NCBI RefSeq assembly: GCF_029212375.1
Contig: NZ_JARGNU010000005.1
Span: 161,532 to 225,531, forward strand
DNA: 64,000 nt
Reading direction: 5' to 3'
Source: Zhongshania sp.
GTDB lineage: Bacteria; Pseudomonadota; Gammaproteobacteria; Pseudomonadales; Spongiibacteraceae
Under the pieces are notes generated by a model. The model saw only the letters and a list, made by a program, of their open reading frames with translations. It had not been told where the DNA came from and did no database searches. Both the position numbers and the translations under genes were made by a program. This document shows positions 30,069-43,276 of the stretch, in pieces (position 1 is the first letter of the stretch; each line of letters opens with the position of its first letter).

Positions 30069-31154
30069 ATGAAAAACCTCGAACTCGATCTGGGAGAGCG
30101 TAGCTATCCCATCTTTATCGCGCCCAGTATCCTTGCTGATGGCGCTCTGTGGCTGAAGTATATTGCGGGCAGTCAGGTATGTATTGTAAGTAACGACACC
30201 ATTGCGCCCCTGTATTTGGCTGGTCTGAAGGCGCAGCTGAGCGAGAAAAATGTTTGCGAAGTGATACTTCCAGATGGCGAAGCCCATAAAACCTTGGCCG
30301 TTCTAGAGCAGATTTTCGACACCTTGCTGGCCAATAACCACAATCGTAGCACCACATTGATCGCTTTAGGCGGTGGAGTGGTTGGCGATATGTGCGGTTT
30401 TGCTGCGGCTTGCTACCAGCGCGGGGTACAGTTTATCCAGATACCTACTACCTTGTTGGCGATGGTGGATTCTTCGGTTGGTGGTAAAACTGGGGTAAAC
30501 CATCCGCTTGGTAAAAATATGATTGGTGCGTTTCACCAGCCCAATTGCGTACTAGCTGATCTAAACGTGTTGAAAACCCTGTCGGATCGCGAATTTTCCG
30601 CAGGCATGGCAGAAGTCATTAAATACGGTTTGATCTGTGACGCCGAGTTTTTCGGGTGGTTAGAGCAAAACATAGCGGGTTTAATGGCCCGCGACGCCGA
30701 GTTATTGAGCGAAGCGGTATATCGCTGCTGCGAAAATAAAGCGACTGTCGTTGCTGAGGATGAGCGCGAAGGCGGGCGGCGCGCAATTTTAAATTTGGGT
30801 CACACCTTTGGTCATGCCATTGAAACCGCCGAAGGTTATGGCAATTGGCTGCACGGTGAGGCGGTTGCAGCAGGTACAGCGCTGGCCTTGGCGTTATCGG
30901 TTAGGTTGACTTGGCTAGCGCCAGATGTCGCTGCTCGCGGTGTGGCGCTGTTGGAACAGGCTGGGCTGCCCGTTGCGCCGCCTTCGAATATGAATGTGGA
31001 TCAATTTTTGCAGCTAATGGGGCGTGATAAGAAAGTTGTCGACGGCCGCTTACGCCTTGTTTTATTGATCGGCTTAGGCGAAGCAGTGGTGACAAGCGAG
31101 GCCCCTATCGAAATTATCACCGAGGTATTGCTTGCTGCGGGTGTCAGTGCTTAG
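30069..31154 (+). CDS. aroB: 3-dehydroquinate synthase
   Basis: [34 protein letters not shown] and GHTFGHAIE motifs. Start set at MKNLELDLG (Met12 of the ORF). Confidence 0.95.
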   Translation: MKNLELDLGERSYPIFIAPSILADGALWLKYIAGSQVCIVSNDTIAPLYLAGLKAQLSEKNVCEVILPDGEAHKTLAVLEQIFDTLLANNHNRSTTLIALGGGVVGDMCGFAAACYQRGVQFIQIPTTLLAMVDSSVGGKTGVNHPLGKNMIGAFHQPNCVLADLNVLKTLSDREFSAGMAEVIKYGLICDAEFFGWLEQNIAGLMARDAELLSEAVYRCCENKATVVAEDEREGGRRAILNLGHTFGHAIETAEGYGNWLHGEAVAAGTALALALSVRLTWLAPDVAARGVALLEQAGLPVAPPSNMNVDQFLQLMGRDKKVVDGRLRLVLLIGLGEAVVTSEAPIEIITEVLLAAGVSA

Positions 31155-31328
31155 CTGTCGAAAATGGCGGTAATTGTTTAAAAATTGACCGCGGGGCGGG
31201 GCTAAGTTTGTCGCTTATGCTCTGTCCGTGTAGAATGTCACTCCTTTTTTCGGGTATGTGAAAAATCCTGAAACATTCTTTCCGACTATCTTTTTGTTTT
31301 TCTTAGTAAATTTTGCGAGAGTCGTTTT

Positions 31329-34300
31329 ATGAGTACAGGCCTGTACAGACCTGAAGATGTGCGCGACAACTGTGGCTTTGGCCTGATCGCTCACATGCAG
31401 GGCACCGCCAGTCACACTTTATTGCAGACTGCTATTGAGTCGCTGACCTGCATGACGCACCGCGGCGGCATTGCCGCCGACGGTAAAACCGGTGACGGCT
31501 GCGGCTTGCTGCTTAAAAAGCCCGATGCATTCCTGCGGACTATGGCCCGTGAGGCAAATGGCGTTGAATTAACGGCAACCTACGGTGTTGGCCAAATCTT
31601 TTTAAGCCGCGATCCACTGCGCGCTAAAGCGGCTCGGGATGCCTTTGAGACTGTCCTCAAAAACAACAACTTACAGCCTGCTGGCTGGCGTGAAGTTGCT
31701 ATCGATCCAACGGTGTGCGGCGAAATCGCCCTGTCTAGCCTGCCTCGTATTGAACAGTTGTTCATTAACGTTGAGGGCATGGATACCCAACAGCTGCGTA
31801 CTTGCCTTTTTGTGGTGCGCCGCGAAGTGGAAATTGCGACAAAAGATGATCCGGATTTTTATATCTGTAGCCTCTCGGCCGACGTAATTGCTTATAAAGG
31901 TTTGGTAATGCCGGTGGATTTGCCGCGTTTTTACCTAGACCTAGCGAATCCTGAGCTGGAAACGGCGATATGCGTATTCCATCAGCGCTTCTCAACCAAT
32001 ACCAGTCCACGTTGGCCGCTGGCTCAGCCATTCCGCATGCTGGCCCACAATGGTGAAATAAACACTATTGAAGGTAACCGCAACTGGGCTGAGGCGAGAA
32101 CCAAAAACTTCAGCAGCCCGCTGTTGCCTGACGTTGCAGGCTTAATGCCGCTAGTGAATCGCACTGGCTCTGACTCTTCAAGCTTGGATAATATGCTTGA
32201 ATTGCTGGTTGCTGGGGGCATGGATCTATTCCGCGCGGTGCGTATGTTAGTGCCGCCAGCTTGGCAAAATATTGAACACATGGATGCGGATTTAAAAGCA
32301 TTCTACGAATACAACTCCATGCATATGGAGCCGTGGGACGGCCCTGCTGGTTTGGTGCTTACCGACGGCCGTTACGCCGTATGTATGCTCGACCGCAACG
32401 GCTTGCGCCCGTCGCGCTGGGTGATTACCAAAGACGGTTTTATTACCGTGGCATCCGAAATTGGCACCTACGGTTATCAGCCAGACGACGTTGTCGCCAA
32501 GGGCCGAGTTGGGCCTGGGCAAATATTGGTTGTTGACACTGAAACCGGTGAAGTCCTGCACACCGAAGAAGTGGATAATCGCCTGAAGTCTGCACACCCC
32601 TATAAACAGTGGCTGCGCGAAAACGGCAATCGTCTGCAAGACCAATTGGCGCAGGGCAATCGCCCCGACCTGCCCGAGGGCGATACCCTCGTTGCCTTGC
32701 AAAAGTATTTCCAAGTCAGCTTTGAAGAGCGTGAGCAGGTGTTGTCTGCTTTGGCCGATAGCGGCAACGAAGCCGTTGGTTCGATGGGTGACGATACGCC
32801 GATGGCGGTTCTGAGCCGTCAGCAGCGCTCGCTATACGATTACTTCCGTCAAAAATTTGCGCAGGTTACCAATCCGCCAATCGACCCCCTGCGGGAGTCG
32901 ATTGTAATGAGTCTGGAAACGTTGCTCGGCGCTGAGCAAAATGTTTTTGAACAAACGGCTGACCACGCCGACCGTTTGATTCTGACTAGCCCAGTGTTAT
33001 CGCCAGATAAATTTGACCGGCTGATGCACGTTGATTCGCCGCGCTACCCGCTAGCGCGGATTGAACTGGCGTATGACCCAGCATTGACCTCCCTGCAAGA
33101 CGCAGTGACTGCTGTTGCCGAAGCGGCTGAAGCCGCCGTGCGCAGCGGTAAAGTTATTTTGTTATTAAGTGATCGTGGTATTGAACCTGGCATGTTGGTT
33201 GTTCACAGCTTGCTGGCAACGGGAGCCGTGCATCACCACTTGATAAAACAGGGTTTACGCTGCGATGCCAATATTGTTGTTGAAACTGGCAGCGGCCGCG
33301 ACTCTCATCAAATGGCCTGCTTGTTTGGTTTTGGTGCGACGGCGGTCTACCCTTATATGGCCTTCGCTGTTATTAGCGATATGTTGGAAGATGGCTCGAT
33401 TCTCGGCGACGAGCAGACTGCGCACACCAATTACTGCAAAGGCATTAATAAAGGTCTGCTCAAAATTATGTCCAAAATGGGCATATCGACTATCGCCTCT
33501 TACCGTGGCGCCCAGTTATTTGAGGCTATTGGTTTAGCTGACGAGATTGTAAACACATGCTTTAAGGGTGTTGCTAGCCGTATCGCCGGAGCAGGTTATG
33601 CCGAGTTGCAACGCGATCAAGAAGCCTTGGCGACCATCGCATGGCTGCCGCGTAAGCCGCTAGATCAGGGTGGCCTGCTGAAATACGTGCACGGCAAAGA
33701 ATATCATGCGTTTAACCCCGATGTGGTAATGACACTGCAAGACGCGGTTAAGAGCGGTGACTACGCGGTTTGGAAAAAATACGCGAATCTCGTGAATACC
33801 CGCCCAGTGGCGACTTTGCGCGACTTGCTTGGCATTAAAGGCGACGTTAAGCCTATTCCGCTTGATGAAGTCGAACCTATAGAGAGCGTGCTGCGCCGCT
33901 TCGACTCGGCAGGTATGTCGCTGGGTGCATTGAGCCCCGAGGCTCACGAGGCGCTGGCAACGGCGATGAACCGGCTTGGCGGTCGTTCAAACTCTGGTGA
34001 GGGCGGTGAAGATCCCGCGCGCTACGGCACTGAGCGGGTATCTAAAATTAAGCAGGTTGCCTCTGGCCGCTTTGGTGTTACCCCGCATTACTTGGTGAAT
34101 GCCGAAGTTCTGCAGATTAAAGTGGCTCAGGGTGCGAAACCTGGCGAAGGTGGCCAGTTGCCTGGCGGTAAAGTAAACGCCTTGATCGCGCGCTTGCGCT
34201 ATGCGGTGCCTGGCGTAACCTTGATTTCACCGCCGCCACACCACGATATTTATTCTATCGAGGATTTGGCCCAGCTGATTTTTGACCTTAAACAGGTTAA

Positions 34301-35777
34301 TCCCAGCGCGTTAGTGTCGGTTAAATTGGTGTCTGAGCCCGGCGTTGGCACTATCGCCGCGGGTGTTGCTAAAGCCTATGCCGATTTGATTACCATTTCT
34401 GGTTATGACGGTGGTACGGCGGCAAGCCCAATTACCTCAATCCGCTATGCTGGCTCGCCGTGGGAACTCGGTTTGTCCGAAGCCCAGCAAACTTTGCGCG
34501 GCAATGGCTTGCGCGGCAAAGTGCGGGTTCAGACCGACGGTGGCTTAAAAACCGGCCTCGACGTGGTTAAAGCGGCGATGCTCGGCGCTGAGAGCTTTGG
34601 CTTTGGTACCACGCCAATGGTGGCGTTAGGTTGTAAATACCTGCGTATCTGCCACTTGAATAACTGCGCAACGGGTGTGGCTACTCAAGATGAGCGCCTG
34701 CGCGATGAACACTTTATTGGCACTGTCGAAATGGTGATGAATTTCTTCACCTTTATCGCGATGGAAACCCGCGAGTGGATGGCCAGCATGGGCATTCGCA
34801 CTATGGCTGAGTTGATTGGCCGCACCGATTTAATGGAACAGAAACAGGGCCAGACTGACAAACACGGCTTGCTCGACTTGGCACCGATCTTGTACAAAGA
34901 TCCGGCAATGGCCGGTCAGCCTGAGTTCTGCGAAGTGGATCTAAACGCACCTTTCGACAAGGGCGAGAAAGCCGAGGCAATGGTTGCCGCGGCACTGCCG
35001 GCAATTGAAGCGAAAACCGGTATTGAATTAGATTTTGCTGTTACTAACTGCGATCGCTCTATTGGCGCACGTCTGTCCGGTGAGATTGCCAAGCGTTATG
35101 GCAATCTTGGGATGGAAGATGCACCGGTTATCCTCAACCTAAAAGGCACTGCGGGTCAGAGCTTTGGGGTGTGGAATGCGGGTGGCCTGAACATGCTCTT
35201 GGAAGGCGATGCTAACGACTATGTCGGTAAAGGCATGGCTGGCGGTAAATTAGTAATTTACCCACCCAAAGGTAGCGTGTTTGCTAGCCAGGATACCGCG
35301 ATTATTGGTAATACCTGTTTGTACGGTGCTACAGGCGGTAAATTGTTTGCCGCGGGTATTGCCGGCGAGCGCTTTGGCGTGCGTAACTCTGGCGCCCATG
35401 CGGTAGTAGAAGGCGCTGGTGATCACTGCTGTGAATACATGACTGGCGGTAATGTGACCGTATTGGGTCCTACAGGGGTCAATTTTGGTGCAGGTATGAC
35501 CGGTGGCTTCGCCTATGTGCTCGATGAAGCCAACCGCTTCGTCGATCGCTATAACAGTGAGCTAGTCGAAATGTGTCGGATTACCTCTGAGTCTATGGAG
35601 GCATATCGGGCACATCTGCGCGGCAATATTCAAGAGTTTGTGACTGAAACTGGATCGGCTTGGGGTCAGCATATACTTGATAATTTTGATGACTACATCG
35701 GTAAGTTCTGGATGATTAAGCCTAAGGCGGCGAGCCTCAGCCGTTTGCTTGACTCCACCAGAAGACGTCCGGAATAA
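31329..35777 (+). CDS. gltB: Glutamate synthase (NADPH) large subunit
   Basis: 1482 aa. N-terminal Ntn-amidotransferase CGFGLIAH, the FMN/3Fe-4S central domain, and a C-terminal GXGXG beta-helix domain. Confidence 0.97.
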   Translation: MSTGLYRPEDVRDNCGFGLIAHMQGTASHTLLQTAIESLTCMTHRGGIAADGKTGDGCGLLLKKPDAFLRTMAREANGVELTATYGVGQIFLSRDPLRAKAARDAFETVLKNNNLQPAGWREVAIDPTVCGEIALSSLPRIEQLFINVEGMDTQQLRTCLFVVRREVEIATKDDPDFYICSLSADVIAYKGLVMPVDLPRFYLDLANPELETAICVFHQRFSTNTSPRWPLAQPFRMLAHNGEINTIEGNRNWAEARTKNFSSPLLPDVAGLMPLVNRTGSDSSSLDNMLELLVAGGMDLFRAVRMLVPPAWQNIEHMDADLKAFYEYNSMHMEPWDGPAGLVLTDGRYAVCMLDRNGLRPSRWVITKDGFITVASEIGTYGYQPDDVVAKGRVGPGQILVVDTETGEVLHTEEVDNRLKSAHPYKQWLRENGNRLQDQLAQGNRPDLPEGDTLVALQKYFQVSFEEREQVLSALADSGNEAVGSMGDDTPMAVLSRQQRSLYDYFRQKFAQVTNPPIDPLRESIVMSLETLLGAEQNVFEQTADHADRLILTSPVLSPDKFDRLMHVDSPRYPLARIELAYDPALTSLQDAVTAVAEAAEAAVRSGKVILLLSDRGIEPGMLVVHSLLATGAVHHHLIKQGLRCDANIVVETGSGRDSHQMACLFGFGATAVYPYMAFAVISDMLEDGSILGDEQTAHTNYCKGINKGLLKIMSKMGISTIASYRGAQLFEAIGLADEIVNTCFKGVASRIAGAGYAELQRDQEALATIAWLPRKPLDQGGLLKYVHGKEYHAFNPDVVMTLQDAVKSGDYAVWKKYANLVNTRPVATLRDLLGIKGDVKPIPLDEVEPIESVLRRFDSAGMSLGALSPEAHEALATAMNRLGGRSNSGEGGEDPARYGTERVSKIKQVASGRFGVTPHYLVNAEVLQIKVAQGAKPGEGGQLPGGKVNALIARLRYAVPGVTLISPPPHHDIYSIEDLAQLIFDLKQVNPSALVSVKLVSEPGVGTIAAGVAKAYADLITISGYDGGTAASPITSIRYAGSPWELGLSEAQQTLRGNGLRGKVRVQTDGGLKTGLDVVKAAMLGAESFGFGTTPMVALGCKYLRICHLNNCATGVATQDERLRDEHFIGTVEMVMNFFTFIAMETREWMASMGIRTMAELIGRTDLMEQKQGQTDKHGLLDLAPILYKDPAMAGQPEFCEVDLNAPFDKGEKAEAMVAAALPAIEAKTGIELDFAVTNCDRSIGARLSGEIAKRYGNLGMEDAPVILNLKGTAGQSFGVWNAGGLNMLLEGDANDYVGKGMAGGKLVIYPPKGSVFASQDTAIIGNTCLYGATGGKLFAAGIAGERFGVRNSGAHAVVEGAGDHCCEYMTGGNVTVLGPTGVNFGAGMTGGFAYVLDEANRFVDRYNSELVEMCRITSESMEAYRAHLRGNIQEFVTETGSAWGQHILDNFDDYIGKFWMIKPKAASLSRLLDSTRRRPE

Positions 35778-35797
35778 GCTAAGCCGAGTAGCGATGA

Positions 35798-37228
<1,431 letters not shown>

Positions 37229-37321
37229 ATCGCAGGACGCTAGACGGGAGACGGAAAACGCAAAAACTGTGTGGCGTTCCATCCTAGCGTCTCCCGTTTA
37301 CCGTCTAGCATTGAGCGACTT

Positions 37322-38389
37322 ATGACTGAACTTAAAAACGATACCTTTCTCCGCGCCCTGCAGCGCGAACCGGTGGAATACACGCCGGTATGGATGATGC
37401 GCCAAGCTGGCCGTTATCTACCTGAATACCGTGCTACTCGGGGCAAGGCCGGCGATTTTATGTCGCTGTGCATGAATCCTGAGCTGGCCTGCGAGGTGAC
37501 TTTACAGCCGCTAGAGCGCTATCCGCTAGATGCCGCTATTCTGTTTTCAGATATTTTGACTATTCCCGATGCGATGGGTTTGGGCTTGTATTTTGAAACT
37601 GGCGAAGGCCCACGCTTTAAGAAAACCGTGCGCACCATGGCCGATGTTGACGCCTTGCCGATTGTCGATGGCGAGAATGACCTCACTTACGTTTGCGACG
37701 CGGTGCGTACTATCCGTCGTGAGCTCAATGGCCGCGTGCCGTTAATTGGTTTTTCTGGCAGCCCTTGGACTTTAGCTACCTATATGGTTGAGGGCGGTGG
37801 CTCAAAAGACCATGCCCGCTGCAAGGCCTTGGCTTTTGACCAGCCAGAATTGATGCACGCCTTATTAGATAAACTGGCTAAAAGCGTCACTGCCTATTTG
37901 AACGATCAAATTCGCGCTGGAGCTCAAGCGGTGCAAATCTTTGATACTTGGGGCGGGGCACTTAGTCACAATGCGTATCAAGAATTCAGCCTGCGTTATA
38001 TGCAGCAGATTGTTGATGGCCTGATTAAAGAAAATGATGGTCGCAAAGTGCCGGTTATATTGTTCACCAAAAACGGCGGGCAGTGGTTAGAGTTGATGGC
38101 GGCAACAGGTGCCTCGGCGCTGGGCCTAGACTGGACTACCGATATTGGTGCGGCGAGAGCTCGGGTTGGCGATAAAGTTGCCCTGCAGGGCAATATGGAT
38201 CCTTCTATGCTGCGGGCGTCGCCGGCGCGGATTCGCGAAGAAGTTGCGATAATCTTAGCCCGTTACGGCACTGGCCCTGGTCACGTATTTAATTTGGGTC
38301 ACGGGATTACCCCTGAGGTAGACCCAGCGCATGCTGGCGCATTCATCGAATGTGTTCGAGAGCTATCGGCGCCATATCACCGCAAGTAA
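37322..38389 (+). CDS. hemE: Uroporphyrinogen decarboxylase
   Basis: Start set at [14 protein letters not shown] (Met18 of the ORF). [15 protein letters not shown] and ILFSDIL motifs. Confidence 0.95.
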   Translation: MTELKNDTFLRALQREPVEYTPVWMMRQAGRYLPEYRATRGKAGDFMSLCMNPELACEVTLQPLERYPLDAAILFSDILTIPDAMGLGLYFETGEGPRFKKTVRTMADVDALPIVDGENDLTYVCDAVRTIRRELNGRVPLIGFSGSPWTLATYMVEGGGSKDHARCKALAFDQPELMHALLDKLAKSVTAYLNDQIRAGAQAVQIFDTWGGALSHNAYQEFSLRYMQQIVDGLIKENDGRKVPVILFTKNGGQWLELMAATGASALGLDWTTDIGAARARVGDKVALQGNMDPSMLRASPARIREEVAIILARYGTGPGHVFNLGHGITPEVDPAHAGAFIECVRELSAPYHRK

Positions 38390-38407
38390 TTGCTAAGCTT
38401 TAATCGT

Positions 38408-38435
38408 AAAAAAGGCGGGTTATCCCGCCTTTTTT
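38408..38435. terminator. Bidirectional rho-independent terminator
   Basis: AAAAAAGGCGGG-ttat-CCCGCCTTTTTT between the convergent hemE (stop 38389) and the minus-strand gene (stop 38472). It has A- and T-tracts on both sides. Confidence 0.8.
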
Positions 38436-38471
38436 CGTAGCTTTATAGATACCTCAGTTAAAGTTTAAGGC

Positions 38472-39029
38472 CTAGGGCATAACCTCCACAAAATGCTTCC
38501 ATCTGTTTTGGAGGCTAATAAACCACTGGGGCGCGCCGTTGCCGGTGCCGGAAAATTCCAGTTCGGGGTAGTGCGCGGTCACACGATTGAGTATGCCGTG
38601 GTCTTTTTCGTTAATATCGATAAGTAATAAATGGCGACCGCTGGCCAAGGCCTGCTGGAAACGTTTGAACTCGTGGTGTGGTTCTTGAATACCAAAGAGG
38701 CCACCTTCCCAAGTGAAGAAGCCGAGCACCACAATGGCGAGGAAAATAAAGGGCATCCAGCCTGCCGCTGTGTCAGTCGCGCCAGAGTAATGCCCCACCG
38801 CAAGTACAACGGCTCCAGCCGCTGCACCAAGCAGTGCGCCGCGTTCCATTGAATGAACTACGTCTTTGCGTAACACGGCTTCCACATCATTGAGTTTGCG
38901 TACTGTCACGCCGCTGTCATCATTGCTTAAAATATGTATTTGCGGGGTGGAGATTCCGTTTGCTTCAAGGTCGTGTTCAACAGCTTCGAGTTTGTCGAGA
39001 TTATCAGCCAGAAAAAAATAGCGTTTCAT
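38472..39029 (-). CDS. Hypothetical membrane protein (185 aa, two central TM segments)
   Basis: ORF track. Hydrophobic stretches GALLGAAAGAVVLAV and WMPFIFLAIVVLGFF. No family recognised. Confidence 0.55.
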   Translation of the reverse strand: MKRYFFLADNLDKLEAVEHDLEANGISTPQIHILSNDDSGVTVRKLNDVEAVLRKDVVHSMERGALLGAAAGAVVLAVGHYSGATDTAAGWMPFIFLAIVVLGFFTWEGGLFGIQEPHHEFKRFQQALASGRHLLLIDINEKDHGILNRVTAHYPELEFSGTGNGAPQWFISLQNRWKHFVEVMP

Positions 39030-39236
39030 ATTATTGTGCTCCTAACCGTAGCTAGCTTATGGAGTAGCGCTGGGCCTAAGAGAGTGTGGCCATTACTGCT
39101 ACAATCCTCTGCTTCAGTCTATCAGTGTCTGGGCAGGCTGCCCCGTGCTTTATGGGGCTTTATTATTGTATTTTTGTCTAAGCGGCGTGACTGTGATTGC
39201 CGATAAATCTATTGCCAAGGTGATTTTGGGAGTTAA

Positions 39237-39809
39237 ATGAGCACTATAAACGGTGAAAAAGCTAGTATTGAGATTGTTGAGGGCGGTGTCCGCGCTTGGC
39301 TGGAGCAGGTTGTGGTGGGTTTGGGTTTGTGCCCCTTTGCCGCCAAACCCTTGCTGGAAGCGCGGGTGCGAATAGATGTTAGTTTGGCCCAAACCCCCGA
39401 AGAGTTGGCGGGTGATTTACATCTAGGGCTGTGCCGATTAGAGGAAACTCCCGCCGCCGAATTGGAAACCAGTCTTTTAGTTGTGCCCAATATGCTGGCT
39501 GATTTTTACGACTATAACGACTTTCTCGATATCGCCGATGCCATGGTGGAGGAAGGTGATTGGGAAGGGGTGATTCAAATTGCCAGCTTCCATCCCCATT
39601 ACCAGTTTGCTGGAACTGAGCTAAGTGATGCGGAAAACTTCACCAATCGGGCGCCTTACCCGATATTTCATCTACTGCGCGAGGCTAGTCTTGAGGCGGT
39701 ATTAGCGGTGTACCCTGATCCAGAGGCAATTCCGGAGCGAAATATTCAGCTGTTTCAGAATATGGATAAAGCCGCTATTAAGGCGTTATTCCCCTATTGT
39801 TTTCGCTGA
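39237..39809 (+). CDS. DUF1415-family protein
   Basis: 190 aa. WLEQVVVGLGLCPFA...IQIASFHPHYQFAG...NFTNRAPYPIFHLLRE matches my memory of the DUF1415 consensus. Confidence 0.7.
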   Translation: MSTINGEKASIEIVEGGVRAWLEQVVVGLGLCPFAAKPLLEARVRIDVSLAQTPEELAGDLHLGLCRLEETPAAELETSLLVVPNMLADFYDYNDFLDIADAMVEEGDWEGVIQIASFHPHYQFAGTELSDAENFTNRAPYPIFHLLREASLEAVLAVYPDPEAIPERNIQLFQNMDKAAIKALFPYCFR

Positions 39810-39980
39810 GCAGGCACTGCTATATAGTTGTCCGTTAAAAACTCACCAAAGCTTCCCTGCATGGTCTTGGTAAAAGTTCTAGCATTTCGAATAACACGCC
39901 TTTAGCCTTTGGGGTATACAAACCTTGATGACTACTCGTTCAGTTGAAATGACTTGAGGGGCGATTAGGCAATTTACTGT

Positions 39981-41264
39981 TTAAGGCAGCGGCAGCGAGA
40001 TACACACCTCCAGACCACCACCCTGACGATTACCTAGTTGCAGCTCGCCTTGCTCCATGCTGATAATCCGCCAGGCAATCGCTAGCCCCAATCCGGCTCC
40101 TAGCGGGCCACTACGGGCGCTGTTGCCACGGGTGAAGGGCTTTAGCAAGGCTTCCGCTTGGTCTTCGTCGATGCCATCGCCTCTATCTCTGACATATACC
40201 GCCACATGGTCTTGTTCACCACGCAAGACCACGCCAAACTCCGGCGCGCCGTAACGGTGGGCGTTTTCCAAAATATTCGAGAGTGCACGCTTAAATGCTC
40301 GGGGCCGCAGCCAGACGTAATGCCCCAGTTCCACTGATAGCGTAAAGTCAAGTTGGCTGTCTTCCACCACCTCGCGAATCAGTGCCGACAACTCCAACCG
40401 CGCTCTGGCTTCGCTGTTACCCACGCCAGCAAAATCAACAAACTGGTCGATAATGGCGTCAAGCTGTGTGCAGCTGCGAATAATACTGTCGCGGTTATCC
40501 TCATCGCTGCCACAACCTAACATTTCGGTGGCCAGGCGAATTTTGGTTAACGGTGTGCGCAGGTCGTGGGAAACACCGGCTAGCATTAGTGCGCGCTGGC
40601 GCTCCTGTTCCAGTAGTTCTCGCTGCATGAGGTTAAAGCGGCGGCAGACTTTGGCTATTTCGTCGGGGCCATCTTCGGGCAATGCGTCAATATGTTCATT
40701 TTTGGCGACTTGATCGGCGGCGATTGCCAATTGTCTCAGTGGCTTATTCAAACGACGCTGTATTAAATATGCGCCAGCTAAGGCTAGGCTAATACCCACC
40801 AACCAGGAAAATAGCGCTGCTCTGGGTAGCCGGTTGCCCCGCTGCATGCCGCTGGTAGACACCCAGTAACTGCTATTGGTGACACTGAATTGTGCAAAAT
40901 ACTGTTCTTCGGCTTCGCGCCGCCAGATAACCTTTATCCCTTTTTTCGCGAGTTTGGCTGACGTGCGGCGTATTAGCAGCTTCTCCGCTGGCAGGATGAT
41001 CTCTAGGTCAACCGTGTCGTCACGCAGCGCCCTGTCACGGATATTGTAAGCTTCAACAAAGGGCTGGCGTTGGGTCTCGGGCAGGGCGCTTAGACCCGCT
41101 TGCACGGCGATCAGGTCGTTGGCCAGTATCGTGGACAGACGTTCTACAAAAGGCTTTTGCACAAACTGCCGAAACAGCAGGCCAGCAAAGATCTGCCCAA
41201 GCAGAATCAGAGTAATTAGCAGCAGCGTGTTGCGGCCCAGCAGGCTGGCGGGAAACAATTTCAT
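39981..41264 (-). CDS. Sensor histidine kinase (EnvZ-like, HAMP + HisKA + HATPase)
   Basis: 427 aa with two TM segments. H-box AGVSHDLRTPLT, N-box LSNILENAHRY, G1 DRGDGI and G2 GAGLGLAI. Confidence 0.9.
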   Translation of the reverse strand: MKLFPASLLGRNTLLLITLILLGQIFAGLLFRQFVQKPFVERLSTILANDLIAVQAGLSALPETQRQPFVEAYNIRDRALRDDTVDLEIILPAEKLLIRRTSAKLAKKGIKVIWRREAEEQYFAQFSVTNSSYWVSTSGMQRGNRLPRAALFSWLVGISLALAGAYLIQRRLNKPLRQLAIAADQVAKNEHIDALPEDGPDEIAKVCRRFNLMQRELLEQERQRALMLAGVSHDLRTPLTKIRLATEMLGCGSDEDNRDSIIRSCTQLDAIIDQFVDFAGVGNSEARARLELSALIREVVEDSQLDFTLSVELGHYVWLRPRAFKRALSNILENAHRYGAPEFGVVLRGEQDHVAVYVRDRGDGIDEDQAEALLKPFTRGNSARSGPLGAGLGLAIAWRIISMEQGELQLGNRQGGGLEVCISLPLP

Positions 41265-41980
41265 GGCTTGATCTCATCCGCTAACATATAGCCTTTCCCG
41301 CGAACTGTCACAATGTATTTGGATCCGCTGGGGTCGTCTTCCAACAACCGGCGGATGCGCAGGATCTGTACATCGACACTGCGCTCGGTAAGATTCGCGC
41401 CTCGGCCACGGGTGAGGTCAAGCAAGCGCTCGCGACTGAGTGGCCGACCGCGATTGGCGACCAGTACCTGCAATAAATCGAATTCAGCACTGTGAATCGG
41501 CAGCTCGCGGTCACCGTGAAATAGGCGGCGGCCTGAGTAGTCTAAGCGGTAGTCGCCAAACCCTTCGCAGGCTTCGGCATGCTGTTTATGGTGAGCGCCC
41601 AGAATGCTTTGCCGCCGCAACATCGCGTCGAGCCGCGCCAGCAGCTCCCGCGGTTCGAATGGTTTGCCCAAATAATCGTCAGCCCCCATCTCCAAACCGA
41701 CAATGCGGTCGATAGTCTCTCTCCGCGCAGTCAACATGAGAATTGGAATGGTCTCACCCGCCAGCCGCAGCCGTTTACAAATCGACAAACCATCCTCGCC
41801 TGGCATCATCAGGTCAAGTATCAGCACATCGAAGCTTTCCCGCGCCAGCAATGTATCTAAGTGTCTGGCGTTTTCCGCTTGGCGTACTAGGTAGCCCCGA
41901 GAGCCCAGATAGTTACTGAGCAGTGCCCGAAGCTCCACCTCGTCGTCTAGCACCAGTAGTTTGCCTTTATAGTCGCTCAT
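41261..41980 (-). CDS. OmpR-family response regulator
   Basis: 239 aa. Receiver domain (LLVLDDE...LILDLMMPGEDG...K) and a winged-helix output domain (YIVTVRGKGYML). The stop overlaps the kinase start. Confidence 0.9.
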   Translation of the reverse strand: MSDYKGKLLVLDDEVELRALLSNYLGSRGYLVRQAENARHLDTLLARESFDVLILDLMMPGEDGLSICKRLRLAGETIPILMLTARRETIDRIVGLEMGADDYLGKPFEPRELLARLDAMLRRQSILGAHHKQHAEACEGFGDYRLDYSGRRLFHGDRELPIHSAEFDLLQVLVANRGRPLSRERLLDLTRGRGANLTERSVDVQILRIRRLLEDDPSGSKYIVTVRGKGYMLADEIKP

Positions 41981-42186
41981 GCTTTATCCGTTTCTGCTAT
42001 CACTGGTGCATCATAAAGCACTCTCGGCAAGTTACCTTCGGCCAGATTGTTGCAATGGGTTACAGCAGCCTCCTAGGTTATCTCTAGTCATACTTCAGCT
42101 CTTGCCTGTAACCCAGCAAGACCGCCATTCCCGTAAATTGGTCACTGTCGATAACACGCCTGCATAATCAATACGGAGAGCACACT

Positions 42187-42723
42187 ATGAAAACCTCAAT
42201 CACCACCATGGCCTTTTGTTTCGGTCTCAGCCTAGCCAGCTTGGCTGGTGCCAGCAGCGCGGCGGCCGATGGGCGACACGTTGATCGGGACAATATGAAG
42301 GGCGGCCGCACCGTTGGTGCCGGTCGGTATGTGGCGGCCGAAAACGGCGGTGTATTGGCGCAACGTCGGGTCGTTCGCAGCGATGATCAAGGCAATGTCA
42401 GCAAAACCAGCGGCGGTTTGTTCCGAACGCCCAATGGTGGCCAAGGCGGACGCTTTAGCAACACCGTGCACGGCGCGGATGGATCGGTGCAACATCAAAG
42501 CGGCTTGAAAGCCAGTGGCGAGAAAGGCGGCGTTGAAACAAACGGTGGTTATCAGCGCGATGCCAATGGCAATCTCACCCAGAACCGCGACACCGCTATC
42601 ACCAACGCGCAAACGGGAAATACTTATCAGGGCAACACCCAGTATAGTAAAGAAGCTGGCGTCAGCCATAGCGCAACCTGCTTTGATGGCAGCGGCAGTG
42701 AAATTGCCTGTCCATCGCGTTAG
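42187..42723 (+). CDS. Secreted Gly/Asn-rich hypothetical protein
   Basis: 178 aa. GGAGAG RBS and signal peptide MKTSITTMAFCFGLSLASLAGASSAAA. Preferred over the 173-aa antisense ORF, which has neither feature. Confidence 0.55.
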   Translation: MKTSITTMAFCFGLSLASLAGASSAAADGRHVDRDNMKGGRTVGAGRYVAAENGGVLAQRRVVRSDDQGNVSKTSGGLFRTPNGGQGGRFSNTVHGADGSVQHQSGLKASGEKGGVETNGGYQRDANGNLTQNRDTAITNAQTGNTYQGNTQYSKEAGVSHSATCFDGSGSEIACPSR

Positions 42724-42752
42724 AGCATCTACAACCTCAAAAGGAGTCAACA

Positions 42753-43043
42753 ATGAAAAAATACCATCAGGCGATCATCGCCGCGCTACTCAGCTGTGGT
42801 GTAATTGTGGCCGCACAGGCCGACGAGGAGCTGACACGGCAGGAAAAACTGGTGCAAAAACTGACCGAGCGCTTTAGCGAATCCGACAGCAACGGCGACG
42901 GTAAGCTTAGCCTCGAAGAAGCCAAGGCAGGCGGCATGCGTTTTGTCACCCGCAAATTTGACGATATTGACCAGACCCAGCGTGGTAGTGTGACCTTGGA
43001 TGAAATCAAAAGCTATCTTGCCTCACGCGCCGCTGAGCGCTAA
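42753..43043 (+). CDS. Secreted EF-hand calcium-binding protein
   Basis: 96 aa with a signal peptide. Canonical EF loop DSNGDGKLSLEE and a second degenerate loop DIDQTQRGSVTLDE. Confidence 0.7.
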   Translation: MKKYHQAIIAALLSCGVIVAAQADEELTRQEKLVQKLTERFSESDSNGDGKLSLEEAKAGGMRFVTRKFDDIDQTQRGSVTLDEIKSYLASRAAER

Positions 43044-43276
43044 AACCGCACCGCATGGCTGAGGGGACGCGGCGCTCGCGACGGAGCGCCGATTTCGTCT
43101 GCCGTTATTCTATCGCCTTGTCCACCGAGCGTGTGGTGATCTATTTGCTAGTTTTCTATGTGCCTCACGAGACAAAAGGACGGGGTATTGCTTGTGCGGC
43201 GCCATATGATTGGGCCATCGTAAGTGGCCAATTTTACAATCGAGCCTGTGTTTAAATTAGCGCTTTTAACGGACGA

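Noticed and set aside
32292-32714. 140-aa minus-strand ORF; similarly 36692-37108 (138 aa)
   Set aside because: These are antisense to gltB and gltD respectively, both of which are unambiguous.
42232-42753. 173-aa minus-strand ORF competing with the plus-strand secreted protein
   Set aside because: The plus-strand frame has a GGAGAG RBS and a clean signal peptide. The minus-strand frame has neither and would collide with the EF-hand gene start. Residual uncertainty is acknowledged.
43069-43088. GGCGCTC-gcgacg-GAGCGCC hairpin after the EF-hand gene as a terminator
   Set aside because: It has a short 7-bp stem and only a broken T-tract (gatttcgt). It is too weak to list as a feature.
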